DNA of 64,000 nucleotides from Tepidisphaera sp. (GCA_050916045.1 CP051526.1:3040001-3104000); one strand, 5' to 3'; numbered from the stretch's first letter, positions 9,861 to 20,059 are shown. The notes: generated by a model not told the origin, from the letters alone. Translations and numbers: made by a program.

Positions 9861-10556
9861 ATGAGCATCATTCCGGACAAGAAGGTCGAACAAGTCCAAT
9901 TCTGCGAGTCGCACTGGCCGATCTGGACCACCAACGCGGTGGCGATCGGCCTGACCGCCGCGCAGACGCTGGCGTTCAAGAATTTCACGACGGCGGCCCG
10001 CTCCGCGTTCGACGCGGCGCAGAACGCCAAGCAGGCTTATAAAGCCGCAGTCACGGCGCAGGACGCGGCGCTGCGGCTCGCCGTCGGCAACGCGGCGGAC
10101 CTGATCCGGGTCATCAAGTCCTTCGCGGAACTGACGGCCAACCCCGACGCGGTCTACTCGCTCGCGCAGATCCCGCCCCCGGCCACGCCCGTGCCCGCGA
10201 GCGCGCCGGGCAAGCCGACCAACATTGGAATCACGCTGCTCCCGACGGGCGCGATCACGCTCGCGTGGGACGCGGACAACGCCACCGCCAGCACCGGCGG
10301 CTTCTTCAGCGTGCTGCGCAAACTCCCCGGGCAGGCCGCGTTCACGACGCTCGGCGGGGCCCCGGGCTCGACGGCGGAGACGCGCCGCATGTCCTTCACC
10401 GACGAGACCATCCCGACATCCGCCGCAGCGTCGGGGGCCCAGTACATCATCCAGGGACAGCGCGGCACGCTCACCGGCGAGCCCTCCGACGCCGTCACCG
10501 TCCAGTTCGGTGTGGGCGAAGGCGTGACGGTCAGCGGGCTTTCGCTGGCGGCGTGA
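9861..10556 (+). CDS. Hypothetical protein: Ala-rich helical N-domain + FN3-like beta C-domain, ends in LAA
   Basis: GAAAGG RBS and strong GC3 bias. 'APGKPTNI.I....GAITLAW...F.V.RK' resembles fibronectin-III. No signal peptide. Confidence 0.8.
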   Translation: MSIIPDKKVEQVQFCESHWPIWTTNAVAIGLTAAQTLAFKNFTTAARSAFDAAQNAKQAYKAAVTAQDAALRLAVGNAADLIRVIKSFAELTANPDAVYSLAQIPPPATPVPASAPGKPTNIGITLLPTGAITLAWDADNATASTGGFFSVLRKLPGQAAFTTLGGAPGSTAETRRMSFTDETIPTSAAASGAQYIIQGQRGTLTGEPSDAVTVQFGVGEGVTVSGLSLAA

Positions 10557-10558
10557 GA

Positions 10559-10659
10559 AGGCATCAGGCATCGGGCATCAGGCACCAGAAAGACAAAGGC
10601 CCGGGGTCCAGCGTGGACCCCGGGCCTGTTCGCTTCCTGATGCCCGATGCCCGATGCCT
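10559..10659. repeat. Nested hairpin: inverted GGCATC(A/G) heptamer arrays around a 14-bp perfect stem (probable terminator)
   Basis: Outer arms 10559-10582 and 10636-10659 (24 bp, 1 mismatch). Inner stem aggcccggggtcca-gcg-tggaccccgggcct at 10597-10627. Confidence 0.8.
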
Positions 10660-10669
10660 AGGCTTGCCC

Positions 10670-11518
10670 GTGCTCACTGAGGATTACAAAGTCCGGCTCG
10701 ACGCCTTTGAGGGGCCGCTCGACCTGCTGCTCTTCCTGATCCGGAAGAACGAGCTGGAGGTCGAGGACGTCCCCGTCGCGATGATCGCCGGGCAGTACAT
10801 GCAGTTCCTCGGCCAGATCGATAAGGTGGATATCGACGTCGCGGGCGAGTTCCTGCTCATGGCCGCCACGCTCACCGAGATCAAGAGCCGCATGGTCGCC
10901 TTCCAGCAGCAGCCCTCCCCCACCGCCGAAGACGACGGGCACGCCAAAGCCAAGAAGGAAGACCCCCGGGCCGAGCTCGTCCGCCAGCTCCTCGCGTACA
11001 AAGCCTACCGCGACGCCGCCGCCGCTCTCGAGGGTCGCCTCGCCGACTGGCAGTCGCGGTTCCCAAGCTCGGCCGTCCTCCCCAACGACAAGGACCCCGC
11101 CGTCGCGGCGATCAAGCGGGCGCTCGCCGACAGCCAGGCCGCTCTGGAACTCGAGGACCTCGAACTCGTCGACCTCACCGAGGCGTTCCGCAAGGTGATG
11201 GAGACGGTCAACTTCGACCGCATCGGCGACCACCAGGTCACCTACGACGACACCCCCATCGAAGCCCACGCGACGGACATCATGACCGTCCTGCAGGCTC
11301 CGGACGCCTCGGCCTCCCCGACGCGCGAGGTTGAATTCGCGCAGGTCTTCAAGGGCCGCACGCGGAGCCAGATGGTCGGCTTGTTCCTCGCGCTGCTGAT
11401 GCTGGTCCGCGACCGCAAGGTCGCCGTGCGTCAGGACCGGATCGACGGCGCGATCTACCTGGGCGTGCAGACCGGGGATGCCCAGACCGAAAGCGTTCCC
11501 GCCCCCGCCGGGTCCTGA
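10670..11518 (+). CDS. scpA: Segregation/condensation protein A
   Basis: Y.VRLDAFEGPLDLLLFLIRKNE..., GEFLLMAATL..IKSR, DPRAELVRQLL.YK.Y, FLALL.L....V.V.Q. GTG start 5 nt after TAGGCT. Confidence 0.92.
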   Translation: MLTEDYKVRLDAFEGPLDLLLFLIRKNELEVEDVPVAMIAGQYMQFLGQIDKVDIDVAGEFLLMAATLTEIKSRMVAFQQQPSPTAEDDGHAKAKKEDPRAELVRQLLAYKAYRDAAAALEGRLADWQSRFPSSAVLPNDKDPAVAAIKRALADSQAALELEDLELVDLTEAFRKVMETVNFDRIGDHQVTYDDTPIEAHATDIMTVLQAPDASASPTREVEFAQVFKGRTRSQMVGLFLALLMLVRDRKVAVRQDRIDGAIYLGVQTGDAQTESVPAPAGS

Positions 11519-11649
11519 TCCAGCGGCCACAAATGTTGGTAGCGGGCGGGACTACGCCCCGGAAGGGCCCAACAATCAAGAGATGCGGCCCCGCGCGGGA
11601 TGGGTGTGCCTGAGAGGGCGGCGCCGCCATCACCGGAAGGGACCACCAC

Positions 11650-12951
11650 ATGCCGGCTGTCACCGACATCAACTCCATGCCCCCGCCCGCTCCGCTTCCG
11701 CCCAAGCTTTCGGAAGCGCCGGACGAGTTCGGCCGGTTCGGCAAATTCGGCGGGGCGTACGTCCCCGAAACGCTCGTCGCGGCCCTCGGGCAGCTCAGCG
11801 AGGTCTACGCCGAGGTGCAGAACGATCCGAAGTTCTGGGATGAGCTCAAGAACCTGCTGGGCACGTTCGTCGGCCGGCCGACGCAGCTTTACGCGGCCCG
11901 GCGGCTTTCGGCCCACGCCCGCGACCTCGCCCGCCGGAACAACACCGGGGCCGAAGGGTGCACGATCTGGCTCAAGCGCGAGGACCTTGCGCACACGGGC
12001 GCCCACAAGATCAACAACACGATGGGCCAGGCGATGCTCTGCCGCAAGATGGGCAAGAAGCGGATCATCGCCGAGACCGGCGCGGGGCAGCACGGCGTCG
12101 CGTCCGCCACCGCCGCGGCCCACTTCGGCCTCGAGTGCGACGTCTACATGGGCAGCGAGGACGTCCGGCGTCAGAAGCTTAACGTCACGCGGATGAAGAT
12201 GCTCGGAGCACGCGTGATCGAGGTCGACTCCGGCAGCCGCACGCTCAAGGACGCCACCAACGAAGCCATGCGCGACTGGATGGGCTCGGTCGAGAACACA
12301 CACTACATCATCGGGTCCGTCGTAGGCCCCCACCCCTTCCCGATGATCGTCCGCGACTTCCAGTCCATCATCGGGCTTGAGACCAAAGCCCAGTGCTTGC
12401 GGCAGTTCGCCAAGATGCCCGACGTCGTCGTCGCCTGCGTCGGCGGCGGGTCCAACGCGGCCGGCATCTTCTTCCCCTTCATCGATGACAAGAAGGTCCA
12501 GCTCGTCGGCGTCGAAGCCGGCGGCCGCTCGTCGCAGCCCGGCCAGCACGCCGCGAGCCTGTCCAAGGGCGAGCCGGGCGTGCTCCACGGCTCGCTGAGC
12601 TATGTGCTTCAGGATGAGTTCGGCCAGACGGCGGACGTCCACTCCTGTTCCGCGGGCCTGGACTATCCGGGCGTGGGCCCCGAGCACGCTTCGTGGAAGG
12701 ACTCGGGCCGCGTGCGGTACACGGCGGTCACCGACACGCAGGCGCTCGACGCGTTCCTGCTGCTTGCACGCACGGAAGGGATCATCCCGGCGCTCGAAAC
12801 ATCGCACGCGATCGCCGAAGCGGTGCGCCTGGCTTCGACCATGACCAAGGACCAGAACCTCGTCGTGAACCTATCGGGCCGCGGCGACAAGGACGTGGAA
12901 GAAGCGAGCAGGCTGCTGAGCTTGCGGGACCAGGCCAAGCAGAACGGCTAA
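11650..12951 (+). CDS. trpB: Tryptophan synthase beta subunit
   Basis: [66 protein letters not shown]. Confidence 0.97.
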   Translation: MPAVTDINSMPPPAPLPPKLSEAPDEFGRFGKFGGAYVPETLVAALGQLSEVYAEVQNDPKFWDELKNLLGTFVGRPTQLYAARRLSAHARDLARRNNTGAEGCTIWLKREDLAHTGAHKINNTMGQAMLCRKMGKKRIIAETGAGQHGVASATAAAHFGLECDVYMGSEDVRRQKLNVTRMKMLGARVIEVDSGSRTLKDATNEAMRDWMGSVENTHYIIGSVVGPHPFPMIVRDFQSIIGLETKAQCLRQFAKMPDVVVACVGGGSNAAGIFFPFIDDKKVQLVGVEAGGRSSQPGQHAASLSKGEPGVLHGSLSYVLQDEFGQTADVHSCSAGLDYPGVGPEHASWKDSGRVRYTAVTDTQALDAFLLLARTEGIIPALETSHAIAEAVRLASTMTKDQNLVVNLSGRGDKDVEEASRLLSLRDQAKQNG

Positions 12952-12975
12952 GGACGGCAGGCGGGAGGGTCAGGC

Positions 12976-15036
12976 GTGAAGGGTCGGACGCGCCATCGCG
13001 GACGGATGATCGGGCTTGCGGCGATCGCCGGAGCCGGAGCTGTGCTTTGGCCGGTCCGCGCGGACCTGATTCAGCCCGCGGCCCAGCCCGCACAACAGGC
13101 GACCATCGCTCAGGCCGCCTCGCCCGAGCCGACCGCCGAAGAACGCGCCCGTGCGCGCGAGCAGATCGATGCCCTGCTCTTCGAGGGCGCAAGCCCAGAG
13201 CAGCAGGCGGAGATCGAAGCGGCCCTCAAGATCGGCTACGGGTCGCTGGTGACGCGTGAGCTCCTGGGACGCATGGCGCAAGGGCGGCCCGTTCCCGGAT
13301 GGGCCGTGGACTCGGTGGTGCGCGCGAGCGAAACCTGGGACGAAGCTTCGGCGGACGCGATGGCCCGGGCGTTGGCGGGTGCGCGCACGCGGCCGGCCGC
13401 CGAGGCTCTGATCTCGATGGTGGATCGCATGCGTGGCTCGGCCGGGCGCCAAGCCGTGCTGGGCGGGCTCGTCGATCTCACCGGGCGCGACGACCTCCCG
13501 GCGGAGATCCCGGCGTGGCGGACGCTGTTGCAGGAGACGGCGGGCTGGTCAGATGAACGCTGGTTTCGGGCGATCGCGGAGTGGCAGGCGCAGCGGGCGG
13601 CGCGGCTCGCGGACATCGAGCGCCGCGCCTCGTCGCGTTTGCTCGACACCCTCAAGCAGATCCACGTGACGACGCCGGCGACGGAGCGCTCCAAGCTTCT
13701 TTCGACGCTTCTGTCGGACCCGCTGGTGGAAGTTCGGCTTCTGGGGATCGATCTGGCGCTTCGCGAACTCGCCTCGGCCAACCCGCTTGGCCCGGAGGTC
13801 GCCACGAGCTCGCTTCGCCTGCTGGCGGACACGGACGAGGGCGTGCGGGCGACGGCGGCGGGCCTGGTGCTTCAGCTTTCGCCCGCGGGCGCGTCGGAAG
13901 TGGCGGCGGGCGCGCTGGCTCGTGAGACATCGCCGAAAGCGGCGATCCCGCTGCTTCGGCTGGCGATCCGGGCGAGCGGGCAGACGGCGGTCGATCAGGC
14001 GATCGCGTGGCTTGAGAGTCCCGACCGGGGGCCGGAGGGCGCGACGCCGACGGATATCTCGCGAGCGTGCCGAGACGCGGCGGTCGATCTGGCGTGGCAT
14101 CTGACACGTCGAGGCATCATGAACTCGGTGACGGACCGTGCGCGGGTGATGACCTCGGTGCGCGGGATCCCTGCGGGCGAGCTTGCTCCCGGCGGGTGTT
14201 TCCTGACGGGTCTTCTCGGGGACGCCACGGATATCGAGCGGATCGCGGGGCTGCTGACTTCGACGGACCCGGCGATCCGTCTCGCGGCGGCGGAGACGGT
14301 GGTGGTGTACGCGGCCCATCTGGATGCGTTGCTGGCGGCAGCGCGTGCGGATTCGCGGCTTGTGGAGGTCGCGGTCCGCGGCGTGCAGCTCCATCGGCAG
14401 ACCGCCGAGGGCTTTGTTGCGATCGAGCGTGTGACCGTCGGCAGGCCCGAACTTCGGCGCGTCTCGCTGGTCGCCGTCTCGGACGTTCTCCCCGCGCCTG
14501 AAGTGCTGATCGCGATCGAATCGATCGTCGGTGAGCCCGACCTGAAGGAAGCCGTGCTCAGCACGCTTGCTCGACGCGAGCGCGTCAGTTCCGAACGGGT
14601 GGATGAAGCGCGAGCCCGCGCCATCGCCGACGGCCTCGTTCGTCTCGCCCGCGTCCGCGTCCAGCTTGGCAAGCCGGCCGAAGCGATCGCCGCGCTCGAC
14701 GTCCTTGCCGACGTCAGCCAGATCCCCTCGGTCAAGCCACGGCTTGATGAAGCCGAAGTCGCCCGCCTCCGCGTCGGCTCGTTCGTGCGGCTTGGGCGTC
14801 TCGCGGACGCGGAGGCTTCGACCGGTCCGAGCGATGCCGAGGGGTGGCTCGACGGGCTTTCCGCCGTGACGGACAAGCCCTTCGCCAAGGACGTGATTGA
14901 ACGCATCGACGCACTTTTCCTGGGATCGATGACCGAGGGACAGTTCGCGAGGCTCCAGACGCTCCGCCGGTCGATCGAGACCTCGCCCAATCCGGATGAT
15001 CCCAACGCGGACCAGACGGCACGCTCGCCTCGGTAG
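12976..15036 (+). CDS. Exported HEAT/ARM-repeat helical protein
   Basis: N-terminal hydrophobic segment and repeated 'LL.D.D..VR..AA' motifs. The start could also be ATG 13006. Confidence 0.7.
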   Translation: MKGRTRHRGRMIGLAAIAGAGAVLWPVRADLIQPAAQPAQQATIAQAASPEPTAEERARAREQIDALLFEGASPEQQAEIEAALKIGYGSLVTRELLGRMAQGRPVPGWAVDSVVRASETWDEASADAMARALAGARTRPAAEALISMVDRMRGSAGRQAVLGGLVDLTGRDDLPAEIPAWRTLLQETAGWSDERWFRAIAEWQAQRAARLADIERRASSRLLDTLKQIHVTTPATERSKLLSTLLSDPLVEVRLLGIDLALRELASANPLGPEVATSSLRLLADTDEGVRATAAGLVLQLSPAGASEVAAGALARETSPKAAIPLLRLAIRASGQTAVDQAIAWLESPDRGPEGATPTDISRACRDAAVDLAWHLTRRGIMNSVTDRARVMTSVRGIPAGELAPGGCFLTGLLGDATDIERIAGLLTSTDPAIRLAAAETVVVYAAHLDALLAAARADSRLVEVAVRGVQLHRQTAEGFVAIERVTVGRPELRRVSLVAVSDVLPAPEVLIAIESIVGEPDLKEAVLSTLARRERVSSERVDEARARAIADGLVRLARVRVQLGKPAEAIAALDVLADVSQIPSVKPRLDEAEVARLRVGSFVRLGRLADAEASTGPSDAEGWLDGLSAVTDKPFAKDVIERIDALFLGSMTEGQFARLQTLRRSIETSPNPDDPNADQTARSPR

Positions 15037-15051
15037 TGGTACCGTCCGTCC

Positions 15052-16497
15052 ATGAACGAGCCCGTATCCCTCCCAGGCGATGCTCCGCGACCACTGCCCC
15101 GCGTGCTTGGCTTCTGGGGCGTGACCGCGGTCATGATCGGCATCGTGATCGGGAGCGGCATCTTCCAGAAGCCCTCGACGATCGCTCAGGAGATCGGCGA
15201 CCCTTGGATGATCCTGGGCCTGTGGGTTCTGGGCGGGGTGCTCTCGCTTTGCGGAGCTTTCACCTACGCTGAGCTTGCGACGATGTTCCCGCAGTCGGGC
15301 GGGGTCTACGTCTTTCTTCGAGAGGGGTACGGCCGCGCCGGGCGCTGCATCGCCTTTGTCTTCGGCTGGACGTACATGCTCATCTCCAAGCCCTTCGCGG
15401 CCGCGGGGATCGCGTACATCCTCGGCATCAACGCCATCCCGCTGCTGGGCCTCGCCGTCATGAAGCCTGGCCCGGACGGGGTATCGATCCCCGACGCGGA
15501 CGCCAACGCGCTGCGGGCCAAGATCCTGACGTCGGTCGTGCTCATCGCCCTGACGCTCGTCAACATCCTCGGCGTCAAGCTCGGGGCCCGCGTCGCGGGC
15601 TTCCTCACGATCATCAAGGTCGGGGCTCTCGTCGCCATCGCGCTGCTGGCCTTCCTCGTCGGGGAGCGAAACCCGCAGGCCTTTGTCGCCAGCGCCCCGG
15701 CGGTCGAGAAAGCCTGGTACCTCGCCGCGGTGGTCGCCATGAGCGGGATCATGTGGACCTACGACGGCTGGAGCGACGTGGGCGCGATGGCGGGCGAGGT
15801 CAAGGACGCACGGCGTCGCCTCCCGATCTGCTACATCGCGGGCACGCTCGCCGTCACGGCGATCTACGTCGGCGTGAACGCGGCGTACTTCTGGATCATG
15901 TCGATGGACGAAATGCGGGCGGCCCCCGGCGGGAGCGTGGCCCCGGTCGTGGCGGGAAGGCTTCTGGGCGAGCACGCCGGCACGATCGTCGCGCTCATCA
16001 TCGTGGTCTCGACCCTGGGCAGCACGCACGGGTCGATCATGACGGGGGCCCGCGTGAGCTTCGCCCAGTCGCGGGACGGGCTCCTCTTCGCTTTCCTGGG
16101 GAGGACGCACCCGAGGTTCGAGACGCCGGCGGTGGCTTTGCTCGTCCAGGTCGCCCTCTCGCTCACCGCGCTCTGGACGCTGGCCGGCTTCAACGAGATG
16201 GCGGACGGCTTTGTCTTCACGATGTGGATCTTCTACGGGCTTGCGGGGCTCTCGATCTTCACGCTCCGCTGGACGCGGCCGGGCGCGGAGAGGCCGTACC
16301 GATGCCTGGGCTACCCGGTGGTGCCGGCGGTCTTCGTGCTGGCGGCCCTGGCGATGACGGTGCTCTCCGTGATCGACGACATGAAGAACCCGGCGACGAC
16401 CTACGCCACGCTGAAGTGGCTCGCGGTCCTCGCGGCGGGCGTGCCGGTCTATTTCCTCTGGGAGCGTCTCCGCGGGGCGAAAGCCCCGGCGGCCTGA
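15052..16497 (+). CDS. APC family amino acid permease
   Basis: IGSGIF, YAELATMFPQSGG.Y, WTYDGW, AGEVKD, RPYR..GYP; about 12 TM segments. Confidence 0.93.
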   Translation: MNEPVSLPGDAPRPLPRVLGFWGVTAVMIGIVIGSGIFQKPSTIAQEIGDPWMILGLWVLGGVLSLCGAFTYAELATMFPQSGGVYVFLREGYGRAGRCIAFVFGWTYMLISKPFAAAGIAYILGINAIPLLGLAVMKPGPDGVSIPDADANALRAKILTSVVLIALTLVNILGVKLGARVAGFLTIIKVGALVAIALLAFLVGERNPQAFVASAPAVEKAWYLAAVVAMSGIMWTYDGWSDVGAMAGEVKDARRRLPICYIAGTLAVTAIYVGVNAAYFWIMSMDEMRAAPGGSVAPVVAGRLLGEHAGTIVALIIVVSTLGSTHGSIMTGARVSFAQSRDGLLFAFLGRTHPRFETPAVALLVQVALSLTALWTLAGFNEMADGFVFTMWIFYGLAGLSIFTLRWTRPGAERPYRCLGYPVVPAVFVLAALAMTVLSVIDDMKNPATTYATLKWLAVLAAGVPVYFLWERLRGAKAPAA

Positions 16498-16506
16498 GCC
16501 TTGCGG

Positions 16507-18207
16507 TCAGTCCTTCTTCTCTTCCTTCACGACCCTGGGGAGCAGATCCGGGGCGCAGGCGAGGTTGAAAGCCGTCACGGCCATGCACGTCGAGGACTGG
16601 CGGAGGTACGTCTCGATGGCGAGCTCGTAGGTGTCGTTCTGCGTGTGCCAGCCAAAGCCGTAGTCCGCCCGGCCCACCTCGTCCCAGAAGAACCCCGGCA
16701 CGCCGATCTGGTTGAAAGCCGCGTGGTCCGACGACCCGTGCGTCTCGATGTTCTTGCCCGTGTTCCTGACGTTCACATTCAGGTACTTCTTGTCCACTTC
16801 ATCGTAAAAGACGTTGTTGACCGGGGCCGTCGCCGCCGCGAGGTAGTCCACCTGGTTCTCCGCCGCGGGCAGGCCCCCCTGATAGTTCGTCCCGCCGTCG
16901 TCGACGAAGCAGGCGGAGACCGTCTTCAGGATCTCCTCCTTGTGAAGCTTGACGTACCCGCGCGCCCCGAGCAGGCCCTGCTCTTCGCCGGTCCAGTTGA
17001 TGAACCGGATCGTCCGCTTGGGCTTGGCGCCGCTCGCGGCCAGAATCCGGGCCGCCTCGAGGACGACCGCCGACCCCGTCCCGTTGTCCGTGGCCCCCTG
17101 GCTGCCGGGCCCGTCCCAGCTGTCGAGGTGCGCGGAGACGATCACGACCTCCTCGGGCTTCTCCGAGCCCTTGATCTCCGCGATGGTGTTGAAGCAGGGG
17201 ATCGGCCCTTGCGTCAGGGTGTGCTGCAGGTCGACCTCGATCTCCACCGGCTCCTTGTCGGCCAGGCGGGAGTTGATGCAGTCATAGTCGCTGAGGCGCA
17301 CGACGATGTGGATGTCATCGGCGATCTCGGACAAGGGGCGTTCCTTCCATCCGGGGGCCCCGCCGGTCCACACCCTCTCATCCCGGGTGGTTGAGATGAA
17401 CCCCGCGACGCCGTCAAAGATGAGCCGCTGGGGCAGGGCGATCTCTTCCTGCTTCTTCTTCCCCTCCGCGACTTCCTTCCTGGCCTCCGCCCTCGCTTCG
17501 ATGCTGGTTGAGAGGCGGCTCCTGACGCCCCGCATCCCGACGGCGGGCTCGGCGGGGAGGAGGATCCACTTGCCCTTGAGGGATTCGCGGACCGCGGCGT
17601 ACTCCTCATCGGTCGTCGGGGCCTTCACGACCTCCGCCCGGACCAACCCCTGCGTCCCCTTCGTCCACGCGGGGCTTGAGATCTGCATGTCGCGGACCTT
17701 CTTGTACTCGGTGACCTTCTGGCCATCCTTCTCGCGCTCATCGCGGAGGACCACGGTCGCCCGGGAGGGGCCGCGGTCAAACCGGGTCGCGATGGTGCCC
17801 CACTCTTCGAGGCGGGCATTCGACAGACCCCAGAGGTCGTACTGGGCCTTGGCCCACTTGTTGGCCGTTTCCAGGCGGGTGGAGCCGGTGAGGCGGGGCC
17901 CGATCTCCTTGGTCAGGTGCCTGAGGTGCTCCATGACCTGGTTGTTGTTCTTCCCCTCCTCCAAGATCTTCGCGATCGTCGCGGCATCCCCCATGGGGAT
18001 CGCCGGGACGGGGATCTCCTTGCCATCGACAATCGCGATGGCGGGGCGGGACGCTGCCGGGGCTTCTGCGGGCACCGCCGGGGTTTCCACGGGTGCCGCC
18101 GGGGGCGAGGGGGTAAAGGCGAGGGCGGGGGCGAGAGGCGCCAGCCCGGCCAGCAGGAAAAGCGAACCGGCGGAGAGGGCGCGGAGGGAACGGGAGCGGA
18201 TCTTCAT
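16507..18207 (-). CDS. M28 family metallopeptidase (carboxypeptidase Q-like), secreted
   Basis: IGPRLTGS, SAHLDSWD, GATDNGTG, TGEEQGLLG, SDH, WHTQND; signal peptide. Confidence 0.9.
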   Translation of the reverse strand: MKIRSRSLRALSAGSLFLLAGLAPLAPALAFTPSPPAAPVETPAVPAEAPAASRPAIAIVDGKEIPVPAIPMGDAATIAKILEEGKNNNQVMEHLRHLTKEIGPRLTGSTRLETANKWAKAQYDLWGLSNARLEEWGTIATRFDRGPSRATVVLRDEREKDGQKVTEYKKVRDMQISSPAWTKGTQGLVRAEVVKAPTTDEEYAAVRESLKGKWILLPAEPAVGMRGVRSRLSTSIEARAEARKEVAEGKKKQEEIALPQRLIFDGVAGFISTTRDERVWTGGAPGWKERPLSEIADDIHIVVRLSDYDCINSRLADKEPVEIEVDLQHTLTQGPIPCFNTIAEIKGSEKPEEVVIVSAHLDSWDGPGSQGATDNGTGSAVVLEAARILAASGAKPKRTIRFINWTGEEQGLLGARGYVKLHKEEILKTVSACFVDDGGTNYQGGLPAAENQVDYLAAATAPVNNVFYDEVDKKYLNVNVRNTGKNIETHGSSDHAAFNQIGVPGFFWDEVGRADYGFGWHTQNDTYELAIETYLRQSSTCMAVTAFNLACAPDLLPRVVKEEKKD

Positions 18208-18294
18208 GGTCCGAGTGTACCAAAAGGCGGTGGATGCGGGGGGATGGAGATGGGGGAATGCGGAGAGGGGTCGGGGGTGGCGGCGGGCGAGGGG

Positions 18295-18525
18295 TGGCTT
18301 GCGGAGCGCAAGCCATGGGTTGAAGAGCGCAAGCCATGGGTTGAAGAGCGCAAGCCACGGGTTGAGGAGCGCAAGGGCCGGGTTGAGGAGCGCAAGGGTC
18401 GGGTTGAGGAGCGCAAGGGTCGGGTTGCAGAGCGCAAGGGGTGGCTTGAGGAGCGCAAGCCATGGGTTGAGGAGCGCAAGGTGGGGGTTAGAGGGCGCAA
18501 GGTGGGGGTTGCGGGACGCGGGCCA
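18295..18525. repeat. 21-bp tandem repeat, about 11 units (consensus YGGGTTGAGGAGCGCAAGSSN)
   Basis: Units every 21 nt from 18295 to 18505. The first unit is a perfect hairpin TGGCTTGCG-GAG-CGCAAGCCA. It lies between the divergent peptidase and tig genes. Confidence 0.92.
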
Positions 18526-18682
18526 TCCGCCCCCCTCCGCGCTCGCCCTGCGGCCGGGGGCGGACTATTCTTGTCGCTTGCATAAACATTGCCGACCCCC
18601 GTTCAGGTGCGTGGGTCGGCTTCCGCGTTGACCCCCACCTCTCGCACACTGCCAGCCCCCTGGCCGCCTCGGAGATTCGACC

Positions 18683-20059
18683 ATGACCGCAGCCACCGCC
18701 CCCGTCACCGGCCACAAAGTCTCCGTGACCGACGCGGGCCCCAGCCGCAAAAAGCTCAAGATCACCATCCCCGCCGATGAAGTCAGCGGCAAGCTCAAGG
18801 ACTCGCTGGACACCCTCGCCGTCGAGGCCGCCCTCCCCGGCTTCCGCAAGGGCAAAGCCCCCCGGGCCCTGGTCGAGAAACGCTTTGGGGCGATGGTCCG
18901 GGGTGAGACCAAGAGCCAGCTCGTCGCCTCGGCCTACCAGGCCGCCGTCGAGGAACAGAAGCTCAAGGTCGTCTCTTCGCCCGAATCCGCCGAGCTCGCC
19001 AAGCAGGAGCTCGAGCACGGCAAGGACTTCACCTTCGAGGTCGAGGTCGAGGTCATGCCCGACTTTGAGATGCCCGCGCTCGACGGGGTCAAGGTCAAGA
19101 AGCCGCTGATCGAGGTCCCCGACACCGCCGTCGAGGAAGAGCTCACCAAGATCAAGATCAACGAGGGCTCGCTCGAGTCCCGCGAGTCCGCCGAGCCCGG
19201 CGACTACCTCACCGGCCACGGCGTGATGGTCGGCAAGGACGGCACGAACTTCTACGACATCAAGGGGTGCGTCGTGCAGCTCCCCTCCAAGGAGAAGGCC
19301 CCCAAGGGCATGATCCTGGGCGTCATGGTCGAGGACTTCTCCAAGCAGTTTGGAAGCCCGAAGGTCGGAGACACGGCCACGATCAAGACCAAGGGCCCCG
19401 AGAACCACGAGGTCGAGGCGATCCGGGGCAACGACCTCACCATCACCTTCAAGGTGGACCGCATCGACCGGATCATCCCCTCCTCGACCGAGACCGTGGT
19501 CGCCATGCTCGGCATGGAGTCCGAGGCCCAGCTCAAGGAGGCCCTCAAGAACCGCCTCTCCCAGCGCGTGGCCACCCAGCAGCAGGTCGCGATGCGGCAG
19601 CAGGTCGCCAAGCACCTCACCGACACCGTCAAGATGGACCTCCCGGCGAAGATGGCCAGCTACCAGGCGGCCCGAATCCTCGAGAACCGTCGCATGGAGC
19701 TCATGTACCGCGGCGTGGACGCCCAGAAGATCGAGGAGCACATGGCCGAGCTCCGCACGGCCTCGGGCACGCTCGCCCAGCGCGACCTCAAGCTCTTCTT
19801 CATCCTCCACCAGGCGGCCGAAACCCTCGGCGTCACGGTCGATGAGAACGAGATCAACCAGCGGATCGCCCAGATGGCCTACGAGCGCAACGTCCGTCCG
19901 GACCGCCTCCGCGCCGAGATCATCCAGTCCAACCGCGTGGGCGCCGTGTACAACCAGATCCGCGAGCACAAGACCATGGACGCGATCCTCCAGAAGGCCT
20001 CGATCGAGGAGATGCCCGTCGAGAAGTACAACGAGCTGATGAAGAACCAGAAGGACTGA
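18683..20059 (+). CDS. tig: Trigger factor
   Basis: Ribosome-binding motif LPGFRKGKAP, F.FEVEVEV.P, and FKBP-like and C-terminal domains; GGAG RBS. Confidence 0.95.
   Translation: MTAATAPVTGHKVSVTDAGPSRKKLKITIPADEVSGKLKDSLDTLAVEAALPGFRKGKAPRALVEKRFGAMVRGETKSQLVASAYQAAVEEQKLKVVSSPESAELAKQELEHGKDFTFEVEVEVMPDFEMPALDGVKVKKPLIEVPDTAVEEELTKIKINEGSLESRESAEPGDYLTGHGVMVGKDGTNFYDIKGCVVQLPSKEKAPKGMILGVMVEDFSKQFGSPKVGDTATIKTKGPENHEVEAIRGNDLTITFKVDRIDRIIPSSTETVVAMLGMESEAQLKEALKNRLSQRVATQQQVAMRQQVAKHLTDTVKMDLPAKMASYQAARILENRRMELMYRGVDAQKIEEHMAELRTASGTLAQRDLKLFFILHQAAETLGVTVDENEINQRIAQMAYERNVRPDRLRAEIIQSNRVGAVYNQIREHKTMDAILQKASIEEMPVEKYNELMKNQKD

Noticed and set aside
11455..16110. Long minus-strand ORFs opposite trpB, the HEAT gene and the permease
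   Set aside because: They are typical stop-poor antisense frames of high-GC3 genes and show no recognisable motifs.
18295..18525. CRISPR array
   Set aside because: Units are contiguous 21-mers with no unique spacers, and no cas genes are in the window.
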